NCBI GenBank assembly: GCA_027365475.1
Contig: DAHXNI010000024.1
Location: 93,362-157,361, forward strand
DNA: 64,000 bases
Source of the DNA: Pseudomonadota bacterium
GTDB taxonomy: Bacteria > Pseudomonadota > Gammaproteobacteria > JAKAQQ01
Direction of reading: 5' to 3'
Below are positions 1 to 9,875 of this stretch, piece after piece. The position numbers and the translations under genes were made by a program. The notes beneath the pieces were generated by a model, which searched no databases, was not told the DNA's origin, and worked only from the letters and a program-made list of their open reading frames with translations. Each line of letters begins with the position of its first letter. Within the stretch, counting starts at the first letter, position 1.

Positions 1-75
1 ACCGTTACTCTCGCCATTGCAAAACCCCTGCCGATTGGCCATCATTGCGGCTGCGCTTTAGTCCCCTATCATAGA

Positions 76-705
76 TCATTCTGGGCTTGATGCCAAGAGT
101 TCCCGGATTCGTTGTTCAAGATCCCGGGGGCCAGCAGGCGCAGCATCCGGTTCGTCTAGGATTGCGCGGATTTCCTGAACGGTTCGCTTGATCTCGTCAT
201 TGACCACAACGTGGTTAAAGTCGCGCCAGTGATGAATCTCCCGCGCCGCATCCTTCAAACGCCTGCTCACTTGGTCCTGTGCTTCCGTCTGACGACCACG
301 GAGTCGCCGTTCCAGTTCAGCCTGAGAGGGTGGCAAAAGGAAAATCGTAACTACCGATGGAAGGCGCTCACGCACCTGTCTGGCCCCTTGCCAGTCAATG
401 TCCAAGAGTACCTGACGACCATTTTCCAGTGCACGCATCACCGGTTCTTTCGGTGTTCCGTAATACTGTCCGTATACAGAGGCGTATTCGAGAAAGTCGC
501 CATGCTCGATCGCACCTTCGAACCGCTTGGGAGGCCAAAAGAAATAATCCACTCCGTCACGTTCTGACGGCCTTGGAGGGCGTGTGGTTGCAGAAACAGA
601 AAAGAAAACATGATCTCCGAGTGCCTCGAGCAGCGCTCGAATGATGGTCGTTTTGCCAGTACCGGAGGGTGCGCTCAGGATGAAAACATGTGCATCACTG
701 GTCAT
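76..705 (-). CDS. gmk: guanylate kinase
   Basis: The ORF 76..858 carries the P-loop GTGKTT and aligns along its length with E. coli Gmk from an internal Met (MTSDAHVFILSAPSGTGKTT...). I trimmed the start to the ATG at 703-705; the upstream 50 codons have no Gmk counterpart. Confidence 0.88.
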   Translation of the reverse strand: MTSDAHVFILSAPSGTGKTTIIRALLEALGDHVFFSVSATTRPPRPSERDGVDYFFWPPKRFEGAIEHGDFLEYASVYGQYYGTPKEPVMRALENGRQVLLDIDWQGARQVRERLPSVVTIFLLPPSQAELERRLRGRQTEAQDQVSRRLKDAAREIHHWRDFNHVVVNDEIKRTVQEIRAILDEPDAAPAGPRDLEQRIRELLASSPE

Positions 706-933
706 GCGGGCCTTCCCGTTATCGACCCTCTCAACTGCATCCGATACATCAATAACCTCTACTTCATGTGTGTATGCATAGCTGGAGCATCCACCCGTAC
801 CGCTTCCCCATCCATCCGAACTTGCGCAGGCAACGGCCGTCATCTTGATCCGGGCCACTCGGCATCAATGCATCTGGCACTTGGCCAAGCCATCATCGGG
901 TGCCTGCAACAACCCAGACGAACAGAGGTAAGC

Positions 934-1794
934 CTAACCGATATTCTGCACTTGTTCGCGCATTTGTTCGACAATGACCTTAAGATCGACCATGCGATGG
1001 CTGATTTCGGCATTTTGAATCTTGGCGCTCAGTGTATTCACTTCACGCTGCATTTCCTGCAACAGGAAATCGAGCTTCCGTCCACCCCCCATGCCGGTTT
1101 CCAGTGTGCTGGCCAGAGCAGTCAGATGACTCTCGAGCCGGTCCAGCTCTTCGCTCACATCCGTTTTCTGTACGAGCAGTACGAGTTCCTGCTCCAGGCG
1201 AGCCGGATCCAGATCCAAACGAAATGATTCCATCCGTCGACGCAGACGCACGAGTTGTTCTGCATGGCTCAAGCCAACTTGATGGCGAACCTCGCGTAGA
1301 ATCGCGACCATCTCTGACAGGCGTGTGTTCAACCCGACTCTCAGGCGTTCACCTTCCTCTGCCTGCATGTGTTCCAAATCCACAAGCGCGGCAATAAGGA
1401 GCTCTTGGGCATCACACGCTTGCTTCTCCGGCGCAGTATGCGGCTCTTTCCGCACCAAAACACCTGGCCATTGGAGGAGCGCCAGTGGATCAACGGTCAG
1501 ATTCAAATCCCAATCCTTTCTGATGGCATCGACCCAAGCTCGGATTTCAAAGATCCGCGACCTGCTGATTTGGGTGCCAGAGCCCTCCATTCCAGCGGAA
1601 TCGACCTGCAACTCTGCTTCAATCCGGCCCCGCACGGCTTGCGCCGACAGGATCGATCGAAATTTATTCGCAAACTGTTCAAAGGTCGGTGGTATGCGCA
1701 GCAGAACTTCGCGTGAACGCCCGTTCAAGGACTTGAGGAGCCAGGTCAGATTGACACCCGACCGAGTTGATACCGCTCGCGCATAGCCCGTCAT
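934..1794 (-). CDS. yicC: YicC-family stress-induced protein (putative endoribonuclease)
   Basis: From the internal Met the N-terminus (MTGYARAV...) matches E. coli YicC (MIRSMTAYARRE...). Length is about 286 aa, and the yicC-gmk tandem divergent from rph is the arrangement in Pseudomonas. Confidence 0.75.
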   Translation of the reverse strand: MTGYARAVSTRSGVNLTWLLKSLNGRSREVLLRIPPTFEQFANKFRSILSAQAVRGRIEAELQVDSAGMEGSGTQISRSRIFEIRAWVDAIRKDWDLNLTVDPLALLQWPGVLVRKEPHTAPEKQACDAQELLIAALVDLEHMQAEEGERLRVGLNTRLSEMVAILREVRHQVGLSHAEQLVRLRRRMESFRLDLDPARLEQELVLLVQKTDVSEELDRLESHLTALASTLETGMGGGRKLDFLLQEMQREVNTLSAKIQNAEISHRMVDLKVIVEQMREQVQNIG

Positions 1795-1972
1795 GCTCCG
1801 AAGCGGGGTGGATGGTCTTGCGGATTTGGAAAATGCGCTCATATGGAAACCGGTGGACCAAACGACACAAACCCATTGTATATGGGGGCGGGATTCCTAT
1901 ACCTAGCCACGCTGTACCTTTATACTGATTCCCACTGTCACCGTTGCCGCCTTGGCTTTTCGGAGAATTATC

Positions 1973-2695
1973 ATGCGACCAAGCGGCCGTCAAGCCGATG
2001 AACTGAGACCGATCCAGATTATCCGACGCTATACCAAGCATGCCGAAGGCTCGGTCCTGATTCGCCTTGGAGAAACACATGTCCTTTGTACGGCATCCAT
2101 TGAGGAACGGGTTCCACATTTTCTGCGTGGCAAAAATCGCGGTTGGGTGACTGCTGAGTACGCCATGCTGCCACGTGCCACGCAGACCCGCTCGGAGCGA
2201 GACGGTGTCCGCGGTCGCACCAACTCGCGTGCACAAGAGATTCAAAGATTGATCGGACGATCCTTGCGGGCAGTCGTCGACACAACGGCACTCGGCGAGC
2301 GGACCGTTATTCTAGACTGCGATGTGCTGCAGGCGGATGGGGGTACACGCGTGGCGGCCGTAACGGGTTGTTACGTTGCCCTCGCCGACGCCATTGAGTT
2401 CCTCGTCCGCCACAAGCGCCTTTCCGCTTCTCCGATTCACGGGTCGGTAGCTGCCGTTTCCGTGGGTATTTACCGAGGACAGATCATTTTGGACCTGGAC
2501 TATGCCGAAGACGCAGAAGCCGAAAGCGATGTCAATGTGGTCATGAACGAACTGGGTGCACTCGTGGAAATTCAAGGAACTGCAGAAGGACACGCCTTTC
2601 ATCGCAAAGAACTCGAGCAGATGCTGGATCTGGCTGAACAAGGTACCCGGATCATGCTCCAAGCACAAGCCACAAGCCTCGGGAAACAGGTCTGA
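1973..2695 (+). CDS. rph: ribonuclease PH
   Basis: [14 protein letters not shown]...[26 protein letters not shown] aligns almost residue-for-residue with E. coli RNase PH. The ATG at 1973 is preceded by GGAGAA. Its TGA overlaps the next ATG at 2695. Confidence 0.92.
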   Translation: MRPSGRQADELRPIQIIRRYTKHAEGSVLIRLGETHVLCTASIEERVPHFLRGKNRGWVTAEYAMLPRATQTRSERDGVRGRTNSRAQEIQRLIGRSLRAVVDTTALGERTVILDCDVLQADGGTRVAAVTGCYVALADAIEFLVRHKRLSASPIHGSVAAVSVGIYRGQIILDLDYAEDAEAESDVNVVMNELGALVEIQGTAEGHAFHRKELEQMLDLAEQGTRIMLQAQATSLGKQV

Positions 2696-3369
2696 TGCGA
2701 CTTGTGCTGGCGACCGGAAATCCGGGCAAATGCCGCGAGTTCACGTCGATCGTAAGCACCTGGGGATTCACCGTCGTACCCCAGACAGACATTGGTATCG
2801 AATCACCGACCGAGAACGGAACCACTTTCTACGACAACGCGATGCTCAAAGCTGCCCATGCCCGGCAGCGTTGTACAGATGCCGTTCTCGCGGATGATTC
2901 GGGCCTTGAAGTGGATGCGCTGGGTGGAGCACCAGGAATCAACAGCGCCCGCTATGCGGGTCCGGACACGGATGCATCCGCCAACCTGAATCTGCTTCTG
3001 CGCAACCTATCAGGCACGCCTCTTGAGCAACGGACAGCGCGCTTCCGCTGTATCCTGATTCTCTGGCCTCCGGATCAGGAACTGCCGTTTGTGGCGGAAG
3101 GATCGTGCCGGGGGCGCGTTCTGAATGAGCCACGCGGCAACCGGGGGTTCGGATACGATCCGGTTTTTGAACTGCCGGAACTAGGCCTGACGTTCGGGCA
3201 GATCAGCCCTGAACTTAAGGATCGTTACAGCCACCGTGGACATGCACTGAGGCAGTTGCACCATATTCTCACGAGTTCGGAATGGCATACCCAGCATCCG
3301 GATCTCCTGCCCGATAAGCTCCCCATAGGAATGGAGTCCCCAGAGGATGGACTCCTCACCCATTTTTAA
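2695..3369 (+). CDS. rdgB: dITP/XTP pyrophosphatase (Ham1/RdgB family)
   Basis: [16 protein letters not shown]...ADDSGLEVDALGGAPGINSARYAG...FGYDPVF...SHRGHAL aligns with E. coli RdgB. There is a C-terminal tail of about 25 aa absent from E. coli RdgB. The stop overlaps the pepN stop by 4 nt (convergent). Confidence 0.85.
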   Translation: MRLVLATGNPGKCREFTSIVSTWGFTVVPQTDIGIESPTENGTTFYDNAMLKAAHARQRCTDAVLADDSGLEVDALGGAPGINSARYAGPDTDASANLNLLLRNLSGTPLEQRTARFRCILILWPPDQELPFVAEGSCRGRVLNEPRGNRGFGYDPVFELPELGLTFGQISPELKDRYSHRGHALRQLHHILTSSEWHTQHPDLLPDKLPIGMESPEDGLLTHF

Positions 3370-6017
3370 GCCTGGCTGGCCAATGTGTGCATCAGGATCT
3401 CTTGCACCGCCTGCGAGCGATGGGGCTCGTCTGCCAGGTCACGAATCGTCTTCTCCATGTGCTTTTGCACCGCCGGATTCTCCCATCGCCAAGGGTTGCC
3501 AAATGCCTTGGCCAATCGGGCCGCAACCTGCGGGTTGATGGCATCGATTTTGCGTATCTCCGACGCGAGCAGTTCGTACCCAGCACCTGTCGGATCGTGA
3601 AAGCCAGCTGGATTCAGTTGCGCGAATGCGCCAATCAATGCATATATCCGGTTTGGGTTTCTGCGGTTGAAATGAACGTCGCGAGTCAGTGCTTCCACAT
3701 CCCAGATCGCGTGCGAACGATGTGAAGTTGCTTGCATAGTCAGCCACTTGTCCAGAACCAGCGGGAAACGGTCATAACGCGCGCGGAAATCGTTCATCTC
3801 CGTTTTACGCACAGGATGATCGAGATCGTTGAGAGATAAAAGTGCACCAATACGGTCCGTCAAGTTATCGGAATCCCGATAGGCTCGTTGTGCCCACTCA
3901 ACATAACGGTCGGGATCGCCCCAGACGAGGTAGGACAGTGCCAAGTGTTTGAAGCGTCTGCGGGCCGCATGGTCGATACCATACCGATAAGACTCATGCT
4001 GGCTGCTGAGTTCCAGATAAAGACGGTCCCAAAGATCTCTAAGGTTTTCCCCGATTTCCCTGCGCAATCCGTCACGTACGAGGCGGACCGTGGCTGGATC
4101 AAACGGTCTGATCGACTCACAGAGCCAAAGCTCGTCAGGGAGTGTGAGCAATTCCACCCAAAGCCCCGGATCGGTACATGTACCTTCCAGTAAACGTCTC
4201 CAGGTCTTGAGCAGTGCTTTATCAGAGGGGAGCGTCCGAGCGTTGCGAATTGCTTCACAGCGCGCGCGGATCAACCGCATTACCATTTCCTGGCTCGCTT
4301 CCCAGCGATTCAACCCATCCGGATCGAATTGCATCAAAGTCCTTAGCGAACGATCGGAATGGGCCGTTTTCCAGATCACGGGAGCTGAAAAATCCCGCAG
4401 TCCGGAAATCAGCGGAGGTTCTTGAATTGCATCCAGGACGAAACTTTGCCGGTGTTGTGTCAGATTAAGCACCGCTTCGGTTTCATACTCCTTCCTGCCC
4501 TCCAATCGGAATGTCAACGATCTTCCTTCATCAGATAACAAACCAGTTTTCACAGGAATCCAAAGCGCTCCGTCCGGCTCGGAATCCGAGCGGGGGGCCG
4601 GGATAAACTGGGTCAGTGTGATTCGGAGCCGACGATTCCTATGGTCATAGCGCGAATGGCACTCGATCCGTGGAGTGCCGGAACGGTCGAGCCAGCGCTC
4701 AAAAGGGTGCAGACTTCGGCCATAGGCCTGTTCCATAACCGCTAAGAAATCCTCCAGAGTGACCGTTCGGCCGTCATAGCGTTCGAAATAGAGCTGGAGC
4801 CCCCTGTTGAAGTCCGTTTCACCCAGAATGGTGGCGCACATGCGAATGACTTCCGAACCCTTTTCATAAACCGTGGCCGTATAGAAATTGTCAATCGAGT
4901 GGTAGGCTTGGGGACGAACCGGGTGAGCCAGTGGACCAGCATCTTCCGTGAATTGGTGAGCTCGAAGCGTGCGCACATCCCGGATTCTCCTCACGATCTT
5001 TGCTCCTTGGTGTGCCATAAAGCAGTGCTCGCGGTAAACCGTGAGCCCCTCTTTCAGGGCGAGTTGGAACCAGTCCCGGATCGTGATCCGATTCCCTGTC
5101 CAGTTGTGAAAATATTCGTGCCCCACTACAGCCAGAATGTTTTCATAATCTTGATCGGTCGCTGTTTCCGGATCAGCCAGAATATATTTAGAGTTGAAGA
5201 TATTGAGGGATTTGTTTTCCATCGCGCCCATGTTGAATTCATCAACTGCAACGATATGGTATTGCCCGAGATCGTATTGCCTCCCGAAATACTCTTCGTC
5301 AAACGTCATGGCACACTGAAGGGCCTCCAAGGCAAACTGCCCACGCGGCCAGTTGTGTGGTTCAACGTGGACAGCAAGCGCAACAACTCGCCCAGATTGG
5401 GTTATGAATGTTCCCTCGTGTTGCCGGAAGACTCCCGCGACCAGAGCGAACAGATAACAGGGCTTAGGAAAGGGATCTTCGTATACGGCGTAGTGCCGAC
5501 CTTGCGGAAGCAGCCCTCCGTCCGTACGATTGCCATTGGAGAGCAGGGTAGGTTGCTGCTTCAGATCCGCATGGATTCGCACCTCAAAGCGAGACAGAAT
5601 ATCGGGACGATCGATAAAATACGTAATGCGGCGGAACCCTTGGGCTTCGCATTGGGTGCAGAAGATACCACTCGTCAGATAAAGCCCCGATAGTTCCGTA
5701 TTGTGAGCCGGATCGATTACGACGACAGTCTCAAGGACAAACCGTTCGGGCACATGCGGGATGACCAAGCCTTCGCTGTTCAGCTGGAAATCTTTCGCAT
5801 CGAGAATATGTCCGTTCAGCCGGAGTGAGACCAGCGTCAAGTCCTCACCTTGAAGCACCAAAGGTTCCTCTGCGGAAGCCTCGGAGACCCGTTCAATCTG
5901 GAGTCGGCTCGAAACACAGGTCCGATCAGGGTCAAGATCGAAGTCCAGTCGGATCAACGGGATACGGAATAGGGGTGGGCGATAGTCGCTCAATCGAATG
6001 GGCTCAGAATCAGCCAA
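3366..6017 (-). CDS. pepN: aminopeptidase N (M1 family)
   Basis: 883 aa with the HEYFHNWTGN zinc motif (HExxH-x18-E context), GAMEN as GAMENKSL, and an E. coli PepN-like length. Confidence 0.9.
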   Translation of the reverse strand: MADSEPIRLSDYRPPLFRIPLIRLDFDLDPDRTCVSSRLQIERVSEASAEEPLVLQGEDLTLVSLRLNGHILDAKDFQLNSEGLVIPHVPERFVLETVVVIDPAHNTELSGLYLTSGIFCTQCEAQGFRRITYFIDRPDILSRFEVRIHADLKQQPTLLSNGNRTDGGLLPQGRHYAVYEDPFPKPCYLFALVAGVFRQHEGTFITQSGRVVALAVHVEPHNWPRGQFALEALQCAMTFDEEYFGRQYDLGQYHIVAVDEFNMGAMENKSLNIFNSKYILADPETATDQDYENILAVVGHEYFHNWTGNRITIRDWFQLALKEGLTVYREHCFMAHQGAKIVRRIRDVRTLRAHQFTEDAGPLAHPVRPQAYHSIDNFYTATVYEKGSEVIRMCATILGETDFNRGLQLYFERYDGRTVTLEDFLAVMEQAYGRSLHPFERWLDRSGTPRIECHSRYDHRNRRLRITLTQFIPAPRSDSEPDGALWIPVKTGLLSDEGRSLTFRLEGRKEYETEAVLNLTQHRQSFVLDAIQEPPLISGLRDFSAPVIWKTAHSDRSLRTLMQFDPDGLNRWEASQEMVMRLIRARCEAIRNARTLPSDKALLKTWRRLLEGTCTDPGLWVELLTLPDELWLCESIRPFDPATVRLVRDGLRREIGENLRDLWDRLYLELSSQHESYRYGIDHAARRRFKHLALSYLVWGDPDRYVEWAQRAYRDSDNLTDRIGALLSLNDLDHPVRKTEMNDFRARYDRFPLVLDKWLTMQATSHRSHAIWDVEALTRDVHFNRRNPNRIYALIGAFAQLNPAGFHDPTGAGYELLASEIRKIDAINPQVAARLAKAFGNPWRWENPAVQKHMEKTIRDLADEPHRSQAVQEILMHTLASQA

Positions 6018-6124
6018 GTGTCTTCCCCAAATGCTGAAACTCCCTCATTATAGAGTCAGGCATCTCTTGATTCCCCGGGATCCGGACCGTATTTGTTGAG
6101 AAACCGGAGCCTCGACTTAATTTT

Positions 6125-7354
6125 ATGGCCGCATCCATTCCATGCCAACCCGCTGAAGGCGACTCACCGACCGTGCGAGATGAGTGGGGACTCTACATTC
6201 ATCTGCCCTGGTGCGTCAGAAAATGCCCCTATTGTGATTTCAACTCGCATCGGGCTCCTGAGCACATTCCAGAAATGCGTTACGTGACAGCGCTTTGCCA
6301 TGAGATGGAACAGGCTTCTCCACGCTTCCGGAATCGTCAACTCGTTTCCATCTTTCTGGGTGGTGGCACGCCAAGCCTGTTCAGTCCGGAGGCGATCGAA
6401 CGGATACTGAAGCAGGCCCGAGTGTCCTTTCCCATGACGACCGATGCCGAGATCACGCTTGAAGCCAACCCGGGAACCGCTGAGGCGGAGCGATTCAAAG
6501 GATATCGGAGCGTTGGCGTGACCCGTTTGTCTCTCGGCGTACAAAGCTTTGACGATGAACGGCTGCGGGCGCTGGGTCGGATCCATACGGCCGAACAGGC
6601 CCGCGCGGCTTATCGGATGGGGCGCGACGCAAAATTTCTCGCACTCAATATCGACCTCATGTATGGACTGCCTGGGCAAACTCTTGCGGGGGCACAACGC
6701 GATCTCGCAGAGGCGCTGGATTTTGCGCCCGAACATCTTTCCTACTATCAGCTTACGCTTGAAGCTGGTACGCCATTTTTCCATAATCCCCCCACGCGGC
6801 CAGATGATACGGTACTCGCACGCATCGAAATGGATGCATCGGCGCGATTTGCGGCGACAGGGTACGAACGATACGAGGTATCCGCCTACTCGAAAGGTAT
6901 CTGGAATACCTGTCGTCATAATCTTGGATACTGGCGATACGGCGATTATCTCGGCATCGGCGCTGGTGCGCATAGCAAACTCAGAAATTCGAATGGAATC
7001 TGGCGCCAAGTTCGGACGCGCTTCCCGGCCGGTTATCTCGCTGCAATCGAAGCCAACCAAACAGGATATGAAGAGTGGCGGCTTGAGCACGACGAGATCC
7101 GATTCGAGTTTTTTCTCAATACCTTGAGACTCCGTGAAGGGTTTTCTCCCAATCTTTTTCAGCAGCAGACGGGCGAAAACCTGGCAACGGTTGCCGAAAC
7201 GCTCCAAGAGTTGGCTGATCTCGGCCTGCTTGAAGTCTCTGAGCACAATATCCGCACCACTCAGAGAGGCTATGCAATTCTGGATGATGTCGTGGCTTTC
7301 TTTCTGCCGACGCAAGCAACCGGAATGATCTGGCCCCAAGCGTGCCCAGCCTGA
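6125..7354 (+). CDS. hemW: radical SAM haem chaperone HemW (coproporphyrinogen III oxidase-like)
   Basis: LYIHLPWCVRKCPYCDFNSH is the CxxxCxxC radical-SAM motif, and the N-terminus matches E. coli HemW (LSLYIHIPWCVQKCPYCDFNSHA). Only one ATG is available, about 20 aa upstream of the homology start; a GTG at 6174 is an alternative. Confidence 0.8.
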   Translation: MAASIPCQPAEGDSPTVRDEWGLYIHLPWCVRKCPYCDFNSHRAPEHIPEMRYVTALCHEMEQASPRFRNRQLVSIFLGGGTPSLFSPEAIERILKQARVSFPMTTDAEITLEANPGTAEAERFKGYRSVGVTRLSLGVQSFDDERLRALGRIHTAEQARAAYRMGRDAKFLALNIDLMYGLPGQTLAGAQRDLAEALDFAPEHLSYYQLTLEAGTPFFHNPPTRPDDTVLARIEMDASARFAATGYERYEVSAYSKGIWNTCRHNLGYWRYGDYLGIGAGAHSKLRNSNGIWRQVRTRFPAGYLAAIEANQTGYEEWRLEHDEIRFEFFLNTLRLREGFSPNLFQQQTGENLATVAETLQELADLGLLEVSEHNIRTTQRGYAILDDVVAFFLPTQATGMIWPQACPA

Positions 7355-7495
7355 TTCGGGGATGGAACATCCTGTATACCCGCCCCAAGGGCATTACCAT
7401 CCAATAGCGCCCATACCCGCGATTGGCGGGTTGATATCCGGTTCAAGACAGCCTGAACGACTCGACTTGCAAACCGCGTCCGACACTCGGTGCAA

Positions 7496-7525
7496 TTGCA
7501 TACCCTAATCGGACTGGGTTATGAT
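7496..7525 (+). promoter_or_regulatory. putative sigma70 promoter for rpmE (-35 TTGCAT, 18-nt spacer, -10 TATGAT)
   Basis: TTGCAT at 7496-7501 and TATGAT at 7520-7525, about 40 nt upstream of the rpmE ATG. Confidence 0.35.
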
Positions 7526-7564
7526 AGCAGCCTGTTTCTTGGCACGATGTTGGTCATTGCCACA

Positions 7565-7777
7565 ATGAAAGCGGGAATCCATCCAGAATACGGCGAGATC
7601 TCCGTGACCTGCAGTTGCGGTCATGAGTTCCGCACCCGTTCCACGGTCGGGCATGATCTTCATGTCGAAGTCTGCGCCAACTGTCATCCGTTTTATACGG
7701 GAAAACAAAAACTCGTCGATACTGCTGGAAGGGTCGACAAATTCAGGCGCAAATACGAATCCACCGAGGGGAATTGA
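7565..7777 (+). CDS. rpmE: 50S ribosomal protein L31 (Zn-ribbon type A)
   Basis: [22 protein letters not shown]...[12 protein letters not shown] matches E. coli L31 ([20 protein letters not shown]...CSKCHPFFTGKQ). The ORF-track start at GTG 7490 adds 25 non-homologous residues, so I trimmed to the ATG at 7565. Confidence 0.9.
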   Translation: MKAGIHPEYGEISVTCSCGHEFRTRSTVGHDLHVEVCANCHPFYTGKQKLVDTAGRVDKFRRKYESTEGN

Positions 7778-7910
7778 GCGTTTTCTGATCCATGACTCAG
7801 GAGTTGGAACCAAGGTTTCGCTCTTTGTGGACTGAGACCTGCGCCACCAGCCCCTTGAATCCAGGCCGGGAATCCGTGCGCGATAACGGTTCACTGGGCC
7901 CATACTCGGA

Positions 7911-9239
7911 GTGAGTGCCATGTCAAAGTCAACAACCCAAGCATCCGAACATGAGGAGACCCGGAACCTGACCTTTCCTGTGCGCAGGGGTCACTTGGGC
8001 CCGGCTGTACTGGACATCAATAAACTTTACAGCGAACACGGATTGTTTACGTACGATCCGGGTTTCGTTGCAACGGCCAGTTGTGAAAGTGCAATTACTT
8101 ATATTGATGGAGAAAAAGGTATTCTGCTCTACCGGGGTTACCCCATTGAACAGCTCGCAGAAAAAAGCACCTTTCTCGAAGTCGCCTATCTGCTTCTTTA
8201 CGGAGAGCTGCCCCTCAAGCATGAGCTAGAACGTTTCTTGGATGCCATCCGCCACCATACGTTGATCAACGAGTCCCTGCTGCGGTTTTTCAACGGATTT
8301 CACCATGATGCGCATCCAATGGCGATGCTGACAGGGGTGGTTGGATCTTTGTCCGCGTTCTATCCGGATGCCATGGAGGCGAGAGATCGCAGCCAACAAG
8401 AACTTTTTGCGCAAAGGATCATTGCCAAAATGCCGACCATCGCCGCGGCGGCTTATAAGCATTCGGTCGGGCACCCATTTGTTTACCCCCGAAATGAACT
8501 CGATTATGCGAATAATCTGCTCTACATGCTATTTGCACTACCCACCGCGGATTATGTCGCCAATCCCGTTGCAGCTCAAGCATTGGATCTGCTCTTTGTC
8601 CTGCACGCGGACCATGAACAGAATGCAAGCACATCAACGGTCCGTCTCGCGGGCAGTTCCGGAACCAATCCGTACGCTGCCATTACTGCTGGAATTGGTT
8701 GCCTGTGGGGCCCGGCTCATGGCGGTGCCAATGAGGCGGTCATCAATATGTTGACCGAGATCGCGGACATCAAGAACATTCCTCGCTATGTGGCCCGCGC
8801 CAAGGACAAAAATGACACGTTCCGGCTCATGGGATTCGGCCATCGTGTCTACAAAAATTACGACCCGCGTGCAAAAATCATTCGCAGCATGACGTATAAA
8901 GTCCTCGAAAACCTAGGTCACCGTTCGGATCCTTTACTGGACCTAGCCATGAAGCTTGAAGAAATCGCACTCAAGGATGAGTATTTCATCGAACGCAAGC
9001 TGTATCCGAATGTCGATTTTTATTCCGGCATCATTTATCGTGCACTTGGCATTCCAACCAGCATGTTTACGGTCATGTTCGCGATCGCACGTTCGGTCGG
9101 ATGGGTTGCCCACTGGCAGGAAATGGTCAATGACCCCGAGCAACGACTTGGACGCCCCCGCCAGCTCTACATGGGACCACTCCAGCGGGATTACTTGCAG
9201 ATGAGTCAGCGTGCGGGCAAGGTAGGTTCTGGCATCTGA
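7911..9239 (+). CDS. gltA: citrate synthase (type II)
   Basis: Near full-length alignment to E. coli GltA, including [35 protein letters not shown] and [12 protein letters not shown]. Confidence 0.95.
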   Translation: MSAMSKSTTQASEHEETRNLTFPVRRGHLGPAVLDINKLYSEHGLFTYDPGFVATASCESAITYIDGEKGILLYRGYPIEQLAEKSTFLEVAYLLLYGELPLKHELERFLDAIRHHTLINESLLRFFNGFHHDAHPMAMLTGVVGSLSAFYPDAMEARDRSQQELFAQRIIAKMPTIAAAAYKHSVGHPFVYPRNELDYANNLLYMLFALPTADYVANPVAAQALDLLFVLHADHEQNASTSTVRLAGSSGTNPYAAITAGIGCLWGPAHGGANEAVINMLTEIADIKNIPRYVARAKDKNDTFRLMGFGHRVYKNYDPRAKIIRSMTYKVLENLGHRSDPLLDLAMKLEEIALKDEYFIERKLYPNVDFYSGIIYRALGIPTSMFTVMFAIARSVGWVAHWQEMVNDPEQRLGRPRQLYMGPLQRDYLQMSQRAGKVGSGI

Positions 9240-9868
9240 CTGTGTTCAGCGCACCTTTCTGCCTCCAGGAGTCCTTCAAGTTCACGTAATCCGATTCGTT
9301 GGACAGGGCGTCCGTTCACCGGAGAAAGCGGCGACTGCCGGATATCGTCAGTCTTGAATACGGTCAGATGGACTTCCCATCCGGCCTCTTCGAATCGGTA
9401 AACCGGCAGACTCGGCTCGGCACCCTTGAACCGCAGCCGGCGTTCGGTGAGATCGAAGTCGATCCCAGCATCCAGGAGCTGAAAAGCCACGAGTTCAGGT
9501 GGATCGGCAAAGACGTGCAGATCAATCTCAGCCGCGGTGGGACCCACGGCAGTAAGGGCCCCGCCGGTCAGACGAGATTGGATGGGGAGCAGAAAACGCA
9601 TAACTCCACATGCCACCTGTCTCATTTTCTGGATCTGCTCGCGCGTCAGCCCCGCAGCATACAAGCGTCGTCTTACAGAAAGCGCTTTCTCAATCTCTTG
9701 GTTACTTGGCAGATGCTGTCCGTGCTCCCCTTCGCCAAGCCTCAGAGCCGCTTTTCTCTTGGCACATCCGTAATCGGTCAGCCCCTCCTCGATGAGGATC
9801 CGGGCAGCCTCCTCGGCGATCCGCGCACGCCTAGCGGATGCAGCCCGCAAAGAAAGATTCCTCGACAT
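9206..9868 (-). CDS. hypothetical protein, translationally coupled to ponA; possible minimal nucleotidyltransferase-like motif
   Basis: 220-aa ORF starting 7 nt after the ponA TGA on the same strand. It contains [19 protein letters not shown], which resembles the hG[GS]-x9-13-[DE]h[DE]h pattern of Pol-beta-superfamily nucleotidyltransferases. I recognise no other family. Its 3' end overlaps the gltA 3' end by 34 nt. Confidence 0.45.
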   Translation of the reverse strand: MSRNLSLRAASARRARIAEEAARILIEEGLTDYGCAKRKAALRLGEGEHGQHLPSNQEIEKALSVRRRLYAAGLTREQIQKMRQVACGVMRFLLPIQSRLTGGALTAVGPTAAEIDLHVFADPPELVAFQLLDAGIDFDLTERRLRFKGAEPSLPVYRFEEAGWEVHLTVFKTDDIRQSPLSPVNGRPVQRIGLRELEGLLEAERCAEHSQMPEPTLPAR

Positions 9869-9875
9869 GGCGGTA

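Noticed and set aside
706-858. 50-codon N-terminal extension of gmk in the ORF track (MARIKMTAVACASS...).
   Set aside because: It has no counterpart in Gmk proteins, and the homology and P-loop start right after the internal ATG at 703-705.
6164-7339. Long 391-aa ORF on the minus strand, antisense to hemW.
   Set aside because: It overlaps the well-supported hemW frame completely, has no recognisable motifs and a low-complexity Arg/Gly-rich composition typical of antisense frames in GC-rich DNA.
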